Shown here: piece by piece, positions 27,453 to 36,028 of the stretch
Layout of the letters: each line of letters starts with the position of its first letter
Position numbering within the stretch: the stretch's first letter is position 1
From: a virus
Taxonomy: Duplodnaviria; Caudoviricetes
Virus record (IMG/VR): IMGVR_UViG_3300025108_000070
Location: 1-53,146 of that record
Strand: one strand, 5' to 3'
DNA: 53,146 nt
The notes under the pieces: generated by a model
What the model was told of the DNA's origin: nothing
Seen by the model: only the letters and a program-made list of their open reading frames with translations
Databases searched by the model: none
Made by a program: the position numbers and the translations under genes

Positions 27453-27579
27453 AATCCCTCTTTCTTCTTATTGAGCTTATATTGTTAAAATACATATATT
27501 CAAATCCAAGCTCATCTAGTTTATCTATTAAATTTGCTATTTTTTCTTGCAATTTAAATGCTTTTTCAGCGTCACTCAT
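27427..27579 (-). CDS. Small hypothetical protein (50 aa), not in ORF track
   Basis: RBS AAGGAG; MSDAEKAFKLQEKIANLIDKLDELGFEYMYFNNISSIRRKRDYGKRKTNR fills the gap. Confidence 0.65.
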   Translation of the reverse strand: MSDAEKAFKLQEKIANLIDKLDELGFEYMYFNNISSIRRKRDYGKRKTNR

Positions 27580-27844
27580 TTCTATGCTCCTTCAATTTAT
27601 CATCAACTTTTTTAACGTTTTGGTAAAGTTCTTGATATTTATTATCATGGAAGATAATATTATTTTTATTCAAGTGTCCCTCGTGTTTAATACTCCAAGT
27701 AGTATCTTGTTTAGTATCTTCTATTTCTTCTTCTGTAGGTATATGGGGCATAGGATACTTGTCTACTCCGTCTTCAAAGTCTTCTGCGTATCTAAGTTTA
27801 TAATCATCCATTTTTTCTATTTCTTTTTTCTTAAAATATCCCAT
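27572..27844 (-). CDS. Hypothetical protein
   Basis: TAATG coupling to upstream gene. Confidence 0.65.
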   Translation of the reverse strand: MGYFKKKEIEKMDDYKLRYAEDFEDGVDKYPMPHIPTEEEIEDTKQDTTWSIKHEGHLNKNNIIFHDNKYQELYQNVKKVDDKLKEHRNE

Positions 27845-28161
27845 TACATTCTACTCCCTGCTGTAATTTTATCGTATTTATCTTTATTGCCTCCGCATTC
27901 TTCAGCAATTTTCTCACACCAATCAAAGTATGTCATAGGTGCTACTTCATCATTACAAATATTACACCAACGTGGAGTATCATCAACACATTCTGTTACT
28001 TCAAGTGTGTTCATATTAACCCACGCTTTTTCATCTACTTCTTCTGTACCACAATAATCACATACCCACATATCATCCATATCTATTTTTGAAACTCTTT
28101 TTGCATATTCTGAATCAGTTTCTACGTGTGCTTTAATATCTTTACTCATTTGTTTCTCCAT
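27844..28161 (-). CDS. Zn-ribbon hypothetical protein
   Basis: CDYC...WCNIC. Confidence 0.7.
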   Translation of the reverse strand: MEKQMSKDIKAHVETDSEYAKRVSKIDMDDMWVCDYCGTEEVDEKAWVNMNTLEVTECVDDTPRWCNICNDEVAPMTYFDWCEKIAEECGGNKDKYDKITAGSRM

Positions 28162-28384
28162 CCATAACTCTAAATTGTTCTATCCAACTATCTTTATATT
28201 TTGCTATTACTGATACTCCACAAAATACCCACCAAGCTCTACCGTGTTTTTCTGCAAACTCTTCACTAATTCTATCGTGCTCTTTTGTATAAGCATGTAA
28301 AGTTTTATGTTTGCTAAGTCTTTCTTTAAAGTTGCTTTCAAACTTCAAAGGATTATTATTTTTATCATGTAAACTTAAACTCAT
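28142..28384 (-). CDS. Hypothetical protein
   Basis: RBS AAGGAG. Confidence 0.7.
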   Translation of the reverse strand: MSLSLHDKNNNPLKFESNFKERLSKHKTLHAYTKEHDRISEEFAEKHGRAWWVFCGVSVIAKYKDSWIEQFRVMDGETNE

Positions 28385-28400
28385 TCTTTCTCCTTTTTTT

Positions 28401-28789
28401 TCAGAACTGAGATAGCAGAGGTATAGAATGCACAGCTGATACCTTTAACTATACTATACTATCTCTATTCTGATTTAAGCAACTCACCCCTTGCAACCAT
28501 AGGTTATATAGCTTTAGTTAACCTAAATTTATCGCTATAAATGGCACTAAGGGTGTATTGTCACTAATTAATAACTTAGGAGTAGCTAGTTTTGGCTTCT
28601 ATAGACTTTAAGTAAGACTCACCTTCTGTTGCTACTCCTAATGATTAAGCAGCTTATAAACTCTAGAGTCTACTGGCTAATCCATCACCGCTCAAATTAC
28701 TAGCAAGAGAATAAACTTTGAAGAGAGGGTCACGCTACGTTCTCTATATGACTTCTGTACAGTAGCCAGTCTCTATCAAGTGGTTTATA
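28401..28789 (-). ncRNA. Array of four putative structured RNAs (28401-28473, 28480-28560, 28576-28641, 28655-28789)
   Basis: Each closed by an inverted repeat, e.g. perfect TTAGGAGTAGC/GCTACTCCTAA; G.U wobbles favour - strand. Confidence 0.6.
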
Positions 28790-28830
28790 TCTCAGGGACC
28801 TTTATTAAGAAGCTATCTCCTTTTAGGAAC

Positions 28831-29616
28831 CTACGCTCTTGCTAATCTTGTTATTGTTGGATAAATCTGATTCTCCATAATGTGAATAGACTCTCTATCT
28901 CTATGTGCAACGTGTGTCGCTACATAAGTACAAGCATTCAATAAATCCCAATATGTATTCATATTATTATTTAAACAATACCTTGTAAAGTCTTCCATAT
29001 ATTGTTGTGGAATCAGTTTAGCCATATCAACTAAATGTTTACCTCTTAACTTAGTTTTTGTTAGTCTTGGAAATTCTGTTTCAAACATTTGAACTAACAT
29101 AGAAACTGTATCAGTAATAGTACTATCTATTTGATTAATGCTAGTATTATTATTCTTATGTACAGCTTTCTTTTTTGTTAAGACATTACCAATTGTCAAT
29201 CCATTCAAGCATACAAGCCTAAATGCACCACCCATAACATTAACAGATGTGCTACCATCGTAACTATTTGCTACTATTAATTGTGGATTTATTAAATCAC
29301 CTTTCTCAACCTTAACTTCGGTTTTAGGAAAATTCCATTTCCAAATAGCTTTTGAACCATTGGAAAATGTTCTAGCTTCTGATAATTCAGCACCAGAACC
29401 TTTTAATACTTTTTGAACTTTATCAACAACTGATTTGTTGTCAACTACTTTGTATTCATCAGTCATACAAGACAATACATCTCCTGTATCTTCTCTTATG
29501 ATGAATTTATGACCTGTACCAGCTACTAAAGTTCTTTTTTTACCTTCAGCTTTCATAAATGTTGCTGGAACTTCTTTAACTGGAAATAGAGTCTCCTCCA
29601 TTGCTACTATAGACAT
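28831..29616 (-). CDS. DUF932-like protein
   Basis: REDTG.VL.....Y.VV.N, NSYDGS, FRLVCLNG, W.L.NA.T. Confidence 0.8.
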   Translation of the reverse strand: MSIVAMEETLFPVKEVPATFMKAEGKKRTLVAGTGHKFIIREDTGDVLSCMTDEYKVVDNKSVVDKVQKVLKGSGAELSEARTFSNGSKAIWKWNFPKTEVKVEKGDLINPQLIVANSYDGSTSVNVMGGAFRLVCLNGLTIGNVLTKKKAVHKNNNTSINQIDSTITDTVSMLVQMFETEFPRLTKTKLRGKHLVDMAKLIPQQYMEDFTRYCLNNNMNTYWDLLNACTYVATHVAHRDRESIHIMENQIYPTITRLARA

Positions 29617-30040
29617 CTTTATACTCTCCTCTTTCTACTTTTACTTTCTTTGGTGTTCTACCAAACTTTTTTATTTCGTTTTCTAACATCTTATCTTCAT
29701 TTTCATATCCAGATATAATCATCTGTTTTAAATATGCAAATCCTTTACCTTGATACACGTGTTCACTTATATTGTATTGATGAATTGTTCTCGTTACAGA
29801 TATAGCTGGTATCTGAGATATTGCTTGCAGGAAATAGAATGTTTTTTGATTATCTTTATCAGAACTAATGTTGCTGCGAATTAATTTTATAACTCGTTTC
29901 AACATTTTTTGACAGATTGAACCGTCTCCTCTTTTTTCCAAGAGAGAAATGATACGCTTTGTTGGATTGTACTTTCTTCCCGTTTCGTGTCCACAAGCCT
30001 CGCATTTCATTGTTCCTCCACTAATGTACCAGCTGACCAA
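29576..30040 (-). CDS. Hypothetical protein with N-terminal CxxC, possibly replication-related (likely start MKCEAC)
   Basis: CEAC; GKGFAYLKQMI is only loosely DnaD-like. Confidence 0.55.
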   Translation of the reverse strand: MVSWYISGGTMKCEACGHETGRKYNPTKRIISLLEKRGDGSICQKMLKRVIKLIRSNISSDKDNQKTFYFLQAISQIPAISVTRTIHQYNISEHVYQGKGFAYLKQMIISGYENEDKMLENEIKKFGRTPKKVKVERGEYKDVYSSNGGDSISS

Positions 30041-30231
30041 CTATGTTTTCCTTTATAATAACTTTCGTTAGTTTTAAAGTGATGACTATCTGGTATACTG
30101 TACACCATTACTTCTGCATTAATACCAACGCTCAATAAAACACCTTCTGTTCCATTTTGATTAAATCTTGCACCTGGTTTTAATGTTCTTATTTCTACTT
30201 TTTTACCCAATTGTAACCTCTCTACTTTCAA
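30007..30231 (-). CDS. Hypothetical protein
   Basis: Operon ORF. Confidence 0.6.
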   Translation of the reverse strand: MKVERLQLGKKVEIRTLKPGARFNQNGTEGVLLSVGINAEVMVYSIPDSHHFKTNESYYKGKHSWSAGTLVEEQ

Positions 30232-30406
30232 CTAGTTTTTTCATTCTTCTTTTAGCTGCTACATTTTCCATTATACCTTCAAAATCTCCTTGCAATCTAG
30301 CTAAAGGTTCTTTCATAGTACCGTTTAATGTAGTATTTCTTAGTGTTTCAATCATAAGATTCAGTTCACTATCTGTTATTTTTAATGTAATTACTGCTTC
30401 ATTCAT
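30203..30406 (-). CDS. Hypothetical protein
   Basis: Start moved to ATG 30406, overlapping the upstream stop. Confidence 0.6.
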   Translation of the reverse strand: MNEAVITLKITDSELNLMIETLRNTTLNGTMKEPLARLQGDFEGIMENVAAKRRMKKLVESREVTIG

Positions 30407-30554
30407 TTTCTTTTTCCCATTCATCTTTCACAATATAATCTATCATATCTTTTGCGCTGGAACCTATTTCTAAGTTAATTTTTATACGTTGTATAATTTT
30501 ATTCCAGACAGTATTAATACGCAACAATTCTTGTGCTTGTTTAAGTTTATCCAA
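30399..30554 (-). CDS. Small hypothetical protein (51 aa, TTG start), not in ORF track
   Basis: Strong RBS AAGGAGG; MDKLKQAQELLRINTVWNKIIQRIKINLEIGSSAKDMIDYIVKDEWEKENE. Confidence 0.7.
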   Translation of the reverse strand: MDKLKQAQELLRINTVWNKIIQRIKINLEIGSSAKDMIDYIVKDEWEKENE

Positions 30555-30566
30555 AATTCCTCCTTA

Positions 30567-30856
30567 TATATGCGGACTTAGTAGCCAACCTTTCTACATT
30601 GATTTTCCATGGAACTACGGATTTCACGTAGATTTAGTCCTGGACCACAATGCCGAAACAAGTCCGCATATAATTTACTAATTTAAGACTAGAAAACAAA
30701 GAGAAATAGTAAACCCACTGACTTATTTTACTTGTTTTGTACGGTGGAGTTGCGCTACCATAGAAGCTTTCTCTTTATTTTCCAATATTATAAGCTGAGT
30801 GCCTACAAATCTAGTAGATAACCGAATGTTTTAAACTAGACGAGGCACCGCCGCTT
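30567..30856 (-). ncRNA. Array of three putative structured RNAs (30567-30672, 30689-30785, 30792-30856)
   Basis: Perfect 13-bp TATATGCGGACTT/AAGTCCGCATATA; 15-18 bp stem with wobbles; GTGCCT/AGGCAC plus TCTAGT/ACTAGA. Confidence 0.65.
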
Positions 30857-30869
30857 GGTTAATTACCAT

Positions 30870-31433
30870 TTAGAATGGTAAATCATCAACACTTACTTCA
30901 TCTGAAGATAATTTATCTCCGTCATCCCACTTAAATACATTAGTTACTTTAAGTGATTTACGTTCTTTACCTTCTGAATTAGTAAATGAAGTTTCTTTTA
31001 ATTCAATTAAACAAGGAAATCCTACAACATCCTTTTCTTCTACTTCAGCTAGTGTTGTATCTCCAGCATCATTGCTTGGAAATGCTACGCCTAACCCTTC
31101 AAAGAACTCTTTGTATCTTCTGTTCTTCCATCCTTCACCCTCTGCTGGGCTAGGAGTCAACCAAACACCTTTATCTACACGATATGTGTTTCCTGATACA
31201 AAACCAGCACTAACAACATCACCTGTAGGTACATAATTACCATTAGAGTCTTTAGTTAGTTTTGGTATTTCAATTTCCTTTGCTTCTTCTGCAACTTTAA
31301 AAGTAAGATTAAATACAATGCTACCATTATATTCATTTGATTCAAACTTGCTTACGTGTGCAGGATAAGTTCCTTCTGCTACTGGTACAAATCCGTCTTC
31401 TTTTTCGTTGTATGTCGCTTTAGTTTCTTTCAT
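30870..31433 (-). CDS. ssDNA-binding protein-like
   Basis: F.PV.EGTY.A.V N-terminus; acidic tail ending DDLPF; near the annealing protein. Confidence 0.7.
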   Translation of the reverse strand: MKETKATYNEKEDGFVPVAEGTYPAHVSKFESNEYNGSIVFNLTFKVAEEAKEIEIPKLTKDSNGNYVPTGDVVSAGFVSGNTYRVDKGVWLTPSPAEGEGWKNRRYKEFFEGLGVAFPSNDAGDTTLAEVEEKDVVGFPCLIELKETSFTNSEGKERKSLKVTNVFKWDDGDKLSSDEVSVDDLPF

Positions 31434-31723
31434 TTAGTCTCCCCTTCAGTGTACTTTTCAATTACTTGGTTAACTTCCATTTTAAGCTTAGTCATTTCTT
31501 TAGAATACTTAGCTCCTTTTAATCCCGCAAAATATAACATAGGTGATACCCAAGTGTTATCTCCTGTTTTAACATATCTACGAGTTGTGCCTCTACCTGC
31601 ACTAATTAGACCATCATCTTGCATTTTCTCAAGGTCTTCTTGTGTAAAGACACCATCTTTTACAAGCTCTTCTGCTTGTTTAAGTGTAAGTTTACCCATT
31701 TTCATCCTCCATAGGTTCTTCAA
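31430..31723 (-). CDS. Hypothetical protein
   Basis: Operon ORF. Confidence 0.65.
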   Translation of the reverse strand: MKNLWRMKMGKLTLKQAEELVKDGVFTQEDLEKMQDDGLISAGRGTTRRYVKTGDNTWVSPMLYFAGLKGAKYSKEMTKLKMEVNQVIEKYTEGETK

Positions 31724-31946
31724 TACTATAGGACAAATAACTTTGATTAATATTTAAATTAATATGTTCATTGTTTGTTTTCATAACAAATGTTAGCATT
31801 GGCTTTCCATGATATAATTTAGTTCCTGTAAATATTGCATTACGAAACTCTTTACCGTCATTTACTCCAATAGTATAACTATTATTTGTCTGATATAGTT
31901 CGTCTCTATAGTTTTCTTTTGGTTTATTTATTTCACTTAGTTTCAT
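31692..31946 (-). CDS. Hypothetical protein
   Basis: Operon ORF. Confidence 0.65.
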   Translation of the reverse strand: MKLSEINKPKENYRDELYQTNNSYTIGVNDGKEFRNAIFTGTKLYHGKPMLTFVMKTNNEHINLNINQSYLSYSIEEPMEDENG

Positions 31947-32542
31947 TTAGACGCTCTCTTTTCATCAAGTTCGTCTATGGCTTTTTTTACTTTATCCGCT
32001 TTACGCTTCAATTTCGCAAAAGCCGCTTTATAGTTAGCATCATTAATTGTTTCGTCTCCAATTTGTGCAACTATTTTAGCCTCAAACTCTTTATCGCCTA
32101 TAATAGCAAGTAAATCTAACATTGATTTGTATTGCTCTTTATTCAACGCATCTGGAGGTTGAGGTAAATCTTCACCAGCATAGATATACAATCCTAATCC
32201 GTGTAATGCTATTGCTTTTGCTAAACAACGTTGTATTGAATTGTTTATTTGAAAAGCATTAGGTTCAGCTACAGTTTTATTCATGTGGTCTAATACTGGA
32301 TGTACTTGTGTTCTTCTTACTGAATCTATACTTACTGTTACTTGTACAAATGCACCAGCTTCAGTACGCATATAAGGTGTTTCTAAACTATTATCAAAGA
32401 AGGTATGTACCTCCCAAGTAGCTTTAGGAAATTCCTCAAGTAATACTTTTACAGCCCAAGCCCAAGAAAGATATGTAAATTTACCTTTCTTTTCTGTATG
32501 CTCACTTACATCTATTTTACTTAATACACTAAATGCACTCAT
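31943..32542 (-). CDS. Sak/Rad52-like single-strand annealing protein (DUF1071)
   Basis: YLSWAWA...PVLD...IN.SIQRCLAKAIALHGLGLYIYAGEDLP. Confidence 0.9.
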   Translation of the reverse strand: MSAFSVLSKIDVSEHTEKKGKFTYLSWAWAVKVLLEEFPKATWEVHTFFDNSLETPYMRTEAGAFVQVTVSIDSVRRTQVHPVLDHMNKTVAEPNAFQINNSIQRCLAKAIALHGLGLYIYAGEDLPQPPDALNKEQYKSMLDLLAIIGDKEFEAKIVAQIGDETINDANYKAAFAKLKRKADKVKKAIDELDEKRASK

Positions 32543-32762
32543 TTAAATCCCCCCATCTTTCATACAAATTGTCAAAATTTTTCATAATTTGTTTCCAAGT
32601 AACTTTATCTAAGTTTGCACTATTTCTAGCTTCAGGACTATACATATTATGTTGTGCATCTTGTCTAACTTCAAGAAATGCTATCCATTCGTCTTTGTAT
32701 ATTTTGTTTATTGGATTGTTATCTTTTCCGTCTCCAACTATTGCATAATTATCTTTTAACAT
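32529..32762 (-). CDS. Hypothetical protein
   Basis: Operon ORF. Confidence 0.65.
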   Translation of the reverse strand: MLKDNYAIVGDGKDNNPINKIYKDEWIAFLEVRQDAQHNMYSPEARNSANLDKVTWKQIMKNFDNLYERWGDLNECI

Positions 32763-33385
32763 ATTGAAAACCCTCCTGATTGTTCTGCAAACTCAGCAAA
32801 GTGTTCTATGTTATCTCTGTTAATAGGATAACTAGCTGCCCAATTTCTTTCTTCAAGCAATTCATCAAATTGTTTCTTCAAATCTTTAGGATAATTCATA
32901 GGAACAATGTCCTCGTCTCCCGTCATTGTTATAGCAATTTTATTTAAAGCTTCTTTTTGTTCATTAAGCTTTTCATTATCTTTTTTTGCTTGTTGCATAG
33001 CTTTTGCATGATTATCAAGATATTCTTGAGTTTCAGGAGTTTCTAAAGCTTCCTTTAATCTTTCAGCTATTGCTACTGCTTTATCTTCAGTAATGACATA
33101 GTTATCATTGTAACATCCAGCATTCATGTCATCTTCTGTTAATATATCTTCACAATGTTCACAAGTGAATGTCCATAAAGGTCTCCACCACCAAACATTA
33201 TTTCTAAAATAATTTCCTGGATTATTAGTTTCCCATTCATCATTTAATTTCCAATACTCATCATTAAGTCCTTGTTTTTCTCTAAGTTCATAAGACATAG
33301 CACATAACTCTTCATATCGTTCGCTCTTCTTATCTGAAAAGGCTTTTACTACTTGCGGATTTTCTCCATATAAATCGAATCCCAT
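32756..33385 (-). CDS. Phage hypothetical protein
   Basis: MGFDLYG...YFRNNVWWWRPLW...SGGFSIC; RBS GGAGG. Confidence 0.75.
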   Translation of the reverse strand: MGFDLYGENPQVVKAFSDKKSERYEELCAMSYELREKQGLNDEYWKLNDEWETNNPGNYFRNNVWWWRPLWTFTCEHCEDILTEDDMNAGCYNDNYVITEDKAVAIAERLKEALETPETQEYLDNHAKAMQQAKKDNEKLNEQKEALNKIAITMTGDEDIVPMNYPKDLKKQFDELLEERNWAASYPINRDNIEHFAEFAEQSGGFSIC

Positions 33386-33388
33386 TTG

Positions 33389-33595
33389 TTATTCCTCCAA
33401 CTTTCTTTGTTTGATTTGTTTTACTATCATTTCTGTTACTTGTTTACCTTTATCAGCAAACATTAATCTAATCCTTGTAGGCAAGACTATATCGAAATTA
33501 CAAACTGCACAACATCTACCATCATTAATAGGTTCTGCATTATGTCCATAAGGGTCGTCATGCTCCTGTCCACATATACTGCATTCTAGTTTCAT
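33389..33595 (-). CDS. Small Zn-finger protein
   Basis: CSIC...GHNAEP...GRCCAVCN; RBS GGAGG. Confidence 0.75.
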   Translation of the reverse strand: MKLECSICGQEHDDPYGHNAEPINDGRCCAVCNFDIVLPTRIRLMFADKGKQVTEMIVKQIKQRKLEE

Positions 33596-33618
33596 TTAGT
33601 TCCTCCGTATTATATAGT

Positions 33619-34347
33619 TTAGATACTATATAGACCAGGACAATATTTGCCCTGAAATTCACAATACTTACATTCCCAATTATATACAGGAACATTAGCG
33701 CTACCTGGCTTTAACTGCTCAGGTTCATTGTCTACCTTCTCTTGCACTTCATTAAGTTCAGTCCAGTAGTCAAATGCTTCTTCTATGTAAAAGTCAGATA
33801 TTTTTTCTTCTCTCATCATAGAACTATCTTTATTATACCACATTATAGATAAGTTTACATCAGTAATATCATATTCATTACCTAAACCCATTCCATAAGT
33901 AGCTAATTGCAATTCATAGTTAATTGAAGGATTCTTGTCTGGATTTCTACCAAACTTCATTCTCCATTTCCAAGCTCCTGCAGTCTTTATATCATACACG
34001 TGTATACTATCTGTTTGTTTGTCTACAACTCCTACATCCAAATGTCCTACTACGTTGAGTTCAGGCATCTCTATGCGGTGTTCTGTAACTACATCTAAAC
34101 CTTTAGCTTTATAATCTACAAATGCTTCTTCAAAGTCTGCGTGCACTAGAGTTCCAAGTCTTAATAATCTATTAGATTTTTCATCCATTGGTTCTAGTGG
34201 TAAGTCTTGAGTTCTATGTAATTGCTTTCTAAAACAACTACCAGCTGCACTAGCTGAGAACCAACCACGATGTTCTGAATATTTTTCTCTATTCTTATGT
34301 CGTAGTTTTTCTAAGTAATCGTTATATATTTTAGGTATATTTATCAT
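33619..34347 (-). CDS. PD-(D/E)XK exonuclease, Cas4/RecB-like
   Basis: SAS.AG.C.RK, GTLVH, E, GHLD, DIKT, QL..Y, CKYC......C. Confidence 0.85.
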   Translation of the reverse strand: MINIPKIYNDYLEKLRHKNREKYSEHRGWFSASAAGSCFRKQLHRTQDLPLEPMDEKSNRLLRLGTLVHADFEEAFVDYKAKGLDVVTEHRIEMPELNVVGHLDVGVVDKQTDSIHVYDIKTAGAWKWRMKFGRNPDKNPSINYELQLATYGMGLGNEYDITDVNLSIMWYNKDSSMMREEKISDFYIEEAFDYWTELNEVQEKVDNEPEQLKPGSANVPVYNWECKYCEFQGKYCPGLYSI

Positions 34348-34363
34348 TGATTCCTCCGACTAC

Positions 34364-34392
34364 AATATAAACATATTTCAGGTTAAATACAA
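34364..34392 (-). promoter_or_regulatory. Sigma70-like promoter for recombination/replication operon
   Basis: TTGTAT-17-TATATT just upstream of the exonuclease RBS. Confidence 0.65.
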
Positions 34393-34407
34393 CACCTATT
34401 CAGGCTA

Positions 34408-34492
34408 AGGCTATCGGGACATTTTTGATAATATCAATACAAGGAAATATTATTAAATCGGATGAATACACGACCATCCTAGTCCCGTGCCT
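34408..34492 (-). ncRNA. Putative three-way-junction RNA
   Basis: CGGGAC/GTCCCG closing stem; inner GGATG/CATCC and ATAATAT/ATATTAT. Confidence 0.55.
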
Positions 34493-34497
34493 AATTA

Positions 34498-34755
34498 TTA
34501 TACAATCCTTCTATAATTATAAAATAGTTTATCATTATTTTCAGTATCTAGCATGACATATTTACCAAAGTTTGCTTCTTTGTGTTGTATTCTTTTAGTA
34601 TCAATATCAAAACCTTCTTCTCTAAGTCTAAATATAATAGCACTTAGCCTTGTTGCACGATAATGTTCAAACGCATCTAAGCTTGTAATGTTTCCATAAG
34701 TTTTTAAATGCCTTAATATTTTTAATGTCTGAGTATTCTTTTTAGTATAAAACAT
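34498..34755 (-). CDS. Winged helix-turn-helix DNA-binding protein
   Basis: IL.HL...G.IT.L.A...Y...RLSA.IF.LR..G..I. Confidence 0.8.
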   Translation of the reverse strand: MFYTKKNTQTLKILRHLKTYGNITSLDAFEHYRATRLSAIIFRLREEGFDIDTKRIQHKEANFGKYVMLDTENNDKLFYNYRRIV

Positions 34756-34991
34756 TAGTTCCTCTCAATCTTAATAGTTATTCTTTTCTTAAAGAATGAA
34801 CGAGTGTCTTGCATTAATCTAACAAGCCAATGTGTTCTTCTGTAATTATTTAAGCCGCTCAATATAGCTACAGCCTTGGGATTATTATTAACCTTATAAC
34901 CGTAAGGATGTGTGTATTCCCATTCACCATTTTCTTCGTACTCTCTATTAACTCTATTTCTATATTCTACCATCTCAAATTTGTTCATCAT
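34755..34991 (-). CDS. Hypothetical protein
   Basis: RBS GAGG; TAATG coupling to downstream gene. Confidence 0.65.
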   Translation of the reverse strand: MMNKFEMVEYRNRVNREYEENGEWEYTHPYGYKVNNNPKAVAILSGLNNYRRTHWLVRLMQDTRSFFKKRITIKIERN

Positions 34992-35493
34992 TTTCCTCTT
35001 CTTCTTTCTTTTTAGTTTGTGATAAGTATTTCATTTTACTTCTACCTTTAAGAACAATTCTACTTCTCCAGTCAAACGCTTCTAAGTATTTAATATGTTC
35101 TTTATAATCTTTAACAACTTGACAATTAATATCAGAACTATTGTCAAAGTTACTTAATAAGTCTGGACTAAGCTTGCTATATTTACTTTTGATTATATAT
35201 CTTTTTCTAGCTTCTATAATCTTTTGTTTCTTATCATCAGCTTCATCATACTCTTGTTGCCACTTAACTAATAAAACACATTCTGCTACATATTTATATT
35301 TAATTCTAAATCTTTTTAAATCTCTATAATGTTTAGGCTCGTGTTTAAATCTTTTATCAATATTATAAATCTTTTTTATGTCTTTTCTACTACGTTGATA
35401 ATGATATTTACATAGTTTGAGCTTCTTATTATATCTTTTATTCTTACAATTCTGTTTACTACAGTTATATGTCTTCCAATCTCTTTTCTTCAT
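34975..35493 (-). CDS. Basic protein with N-terminal C-x4-C...C-x2-H Zn motif
   Basis: CSKQNC...LCKYHYQR; RBS GAGGT. Confidence 0.6.
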   Translation of the reverse strand: MKKRDWKTYNCSKQNCKNKRYNKKLKLCKYHYQRSRKDIKKIYNIDKRFKHEPKHYRDLKRFRIKYKYVAECVLLVKWQQEYDEADDKKQKIIEARKRYIIKSKYSKLSPDLLSNFDNSSDINCQVVKDYKEHIKYLEAFDWRSRIVLKGRSKMKYLSQTKKKEEEENDEQI

Positions 35494-35533
35494 ATCTACC
35501 TCTTTTCTACTTTGGTTTATTATACAAATATTA

Positions 35534-35830
35534 AAATACGTCTATAGTAGGATTACGCATTGGGAAGCTATCCCCCTACAATACCTATATGATACATCTG
35601 CGCGTTTCGCATTTTGTAGGTATCTTGATTGACATAGGTTTGCTCAGTCATTTGACCATTGCCTAACTACTCAGATATACATTAGATATCTAATTGCCTC
35701 AAGGTGGATTATGCATGATGTTACATTGTTATCCACTAATATAGCCGTATTCTAATTCTTTAAATTAAAGGGACAAGACGAGGTAAATGAGATATACTAC
35801 TAACTGATATTAAGTAGAGTCTCGCCCCTT
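35534..35830 (-). ncRNA. Two putative structured RNAs (35534-35752 multibranch; 35768-35830)
   Basis: AATACG/CGTATT closing stem with several inner helices; 12-bp AAGGGGCGAGAC/GUCUUGUCCCUU stem on - strand. Confidence 0.6.
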
Positions 35831-35836
35831 AAATAT

Positions 35837-36028
35837 TTAATCGTGTAATTCTAATAACATTCTTAAAGCTTTGATACGTATTTTTAAATCTTTATCGGTT
35901 ATATTATTAATTAATAACCTACGCATCTTTAAATCACTCATAGATATTCCATAGTATTGTTTATATAGTATTCTATAATCACTAAACAATCTATCTCTAC
36001 GTTCATATCCTAATTCATAATAAGTCAT
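35837..36028 (-). CDS. Hypothetical early protein
   Basis: RBS GAGGT; leader shared with the gene starting at 35493. Confidence 0.6.
   Translation of the reverse strand: MTYYELGYERRDRLFSDYRILYKQYYGISMSDLKMRRLLINNITDKDLKIRIKALRMLLELHD

Noticed and set aside
34408-34492. Hammerhead ribozyme in the three-way junction modules
   Set aside because: No CUGANGA/GAAA core seen on either strand
27482-35632. Plus-strand ORFs inside the - arm (27482-28057, 30168-30473, 31356-31757, 35417-35632 and others)
   Set aside because: Shadow frames opposite RBS-bearing genes or structured RNA
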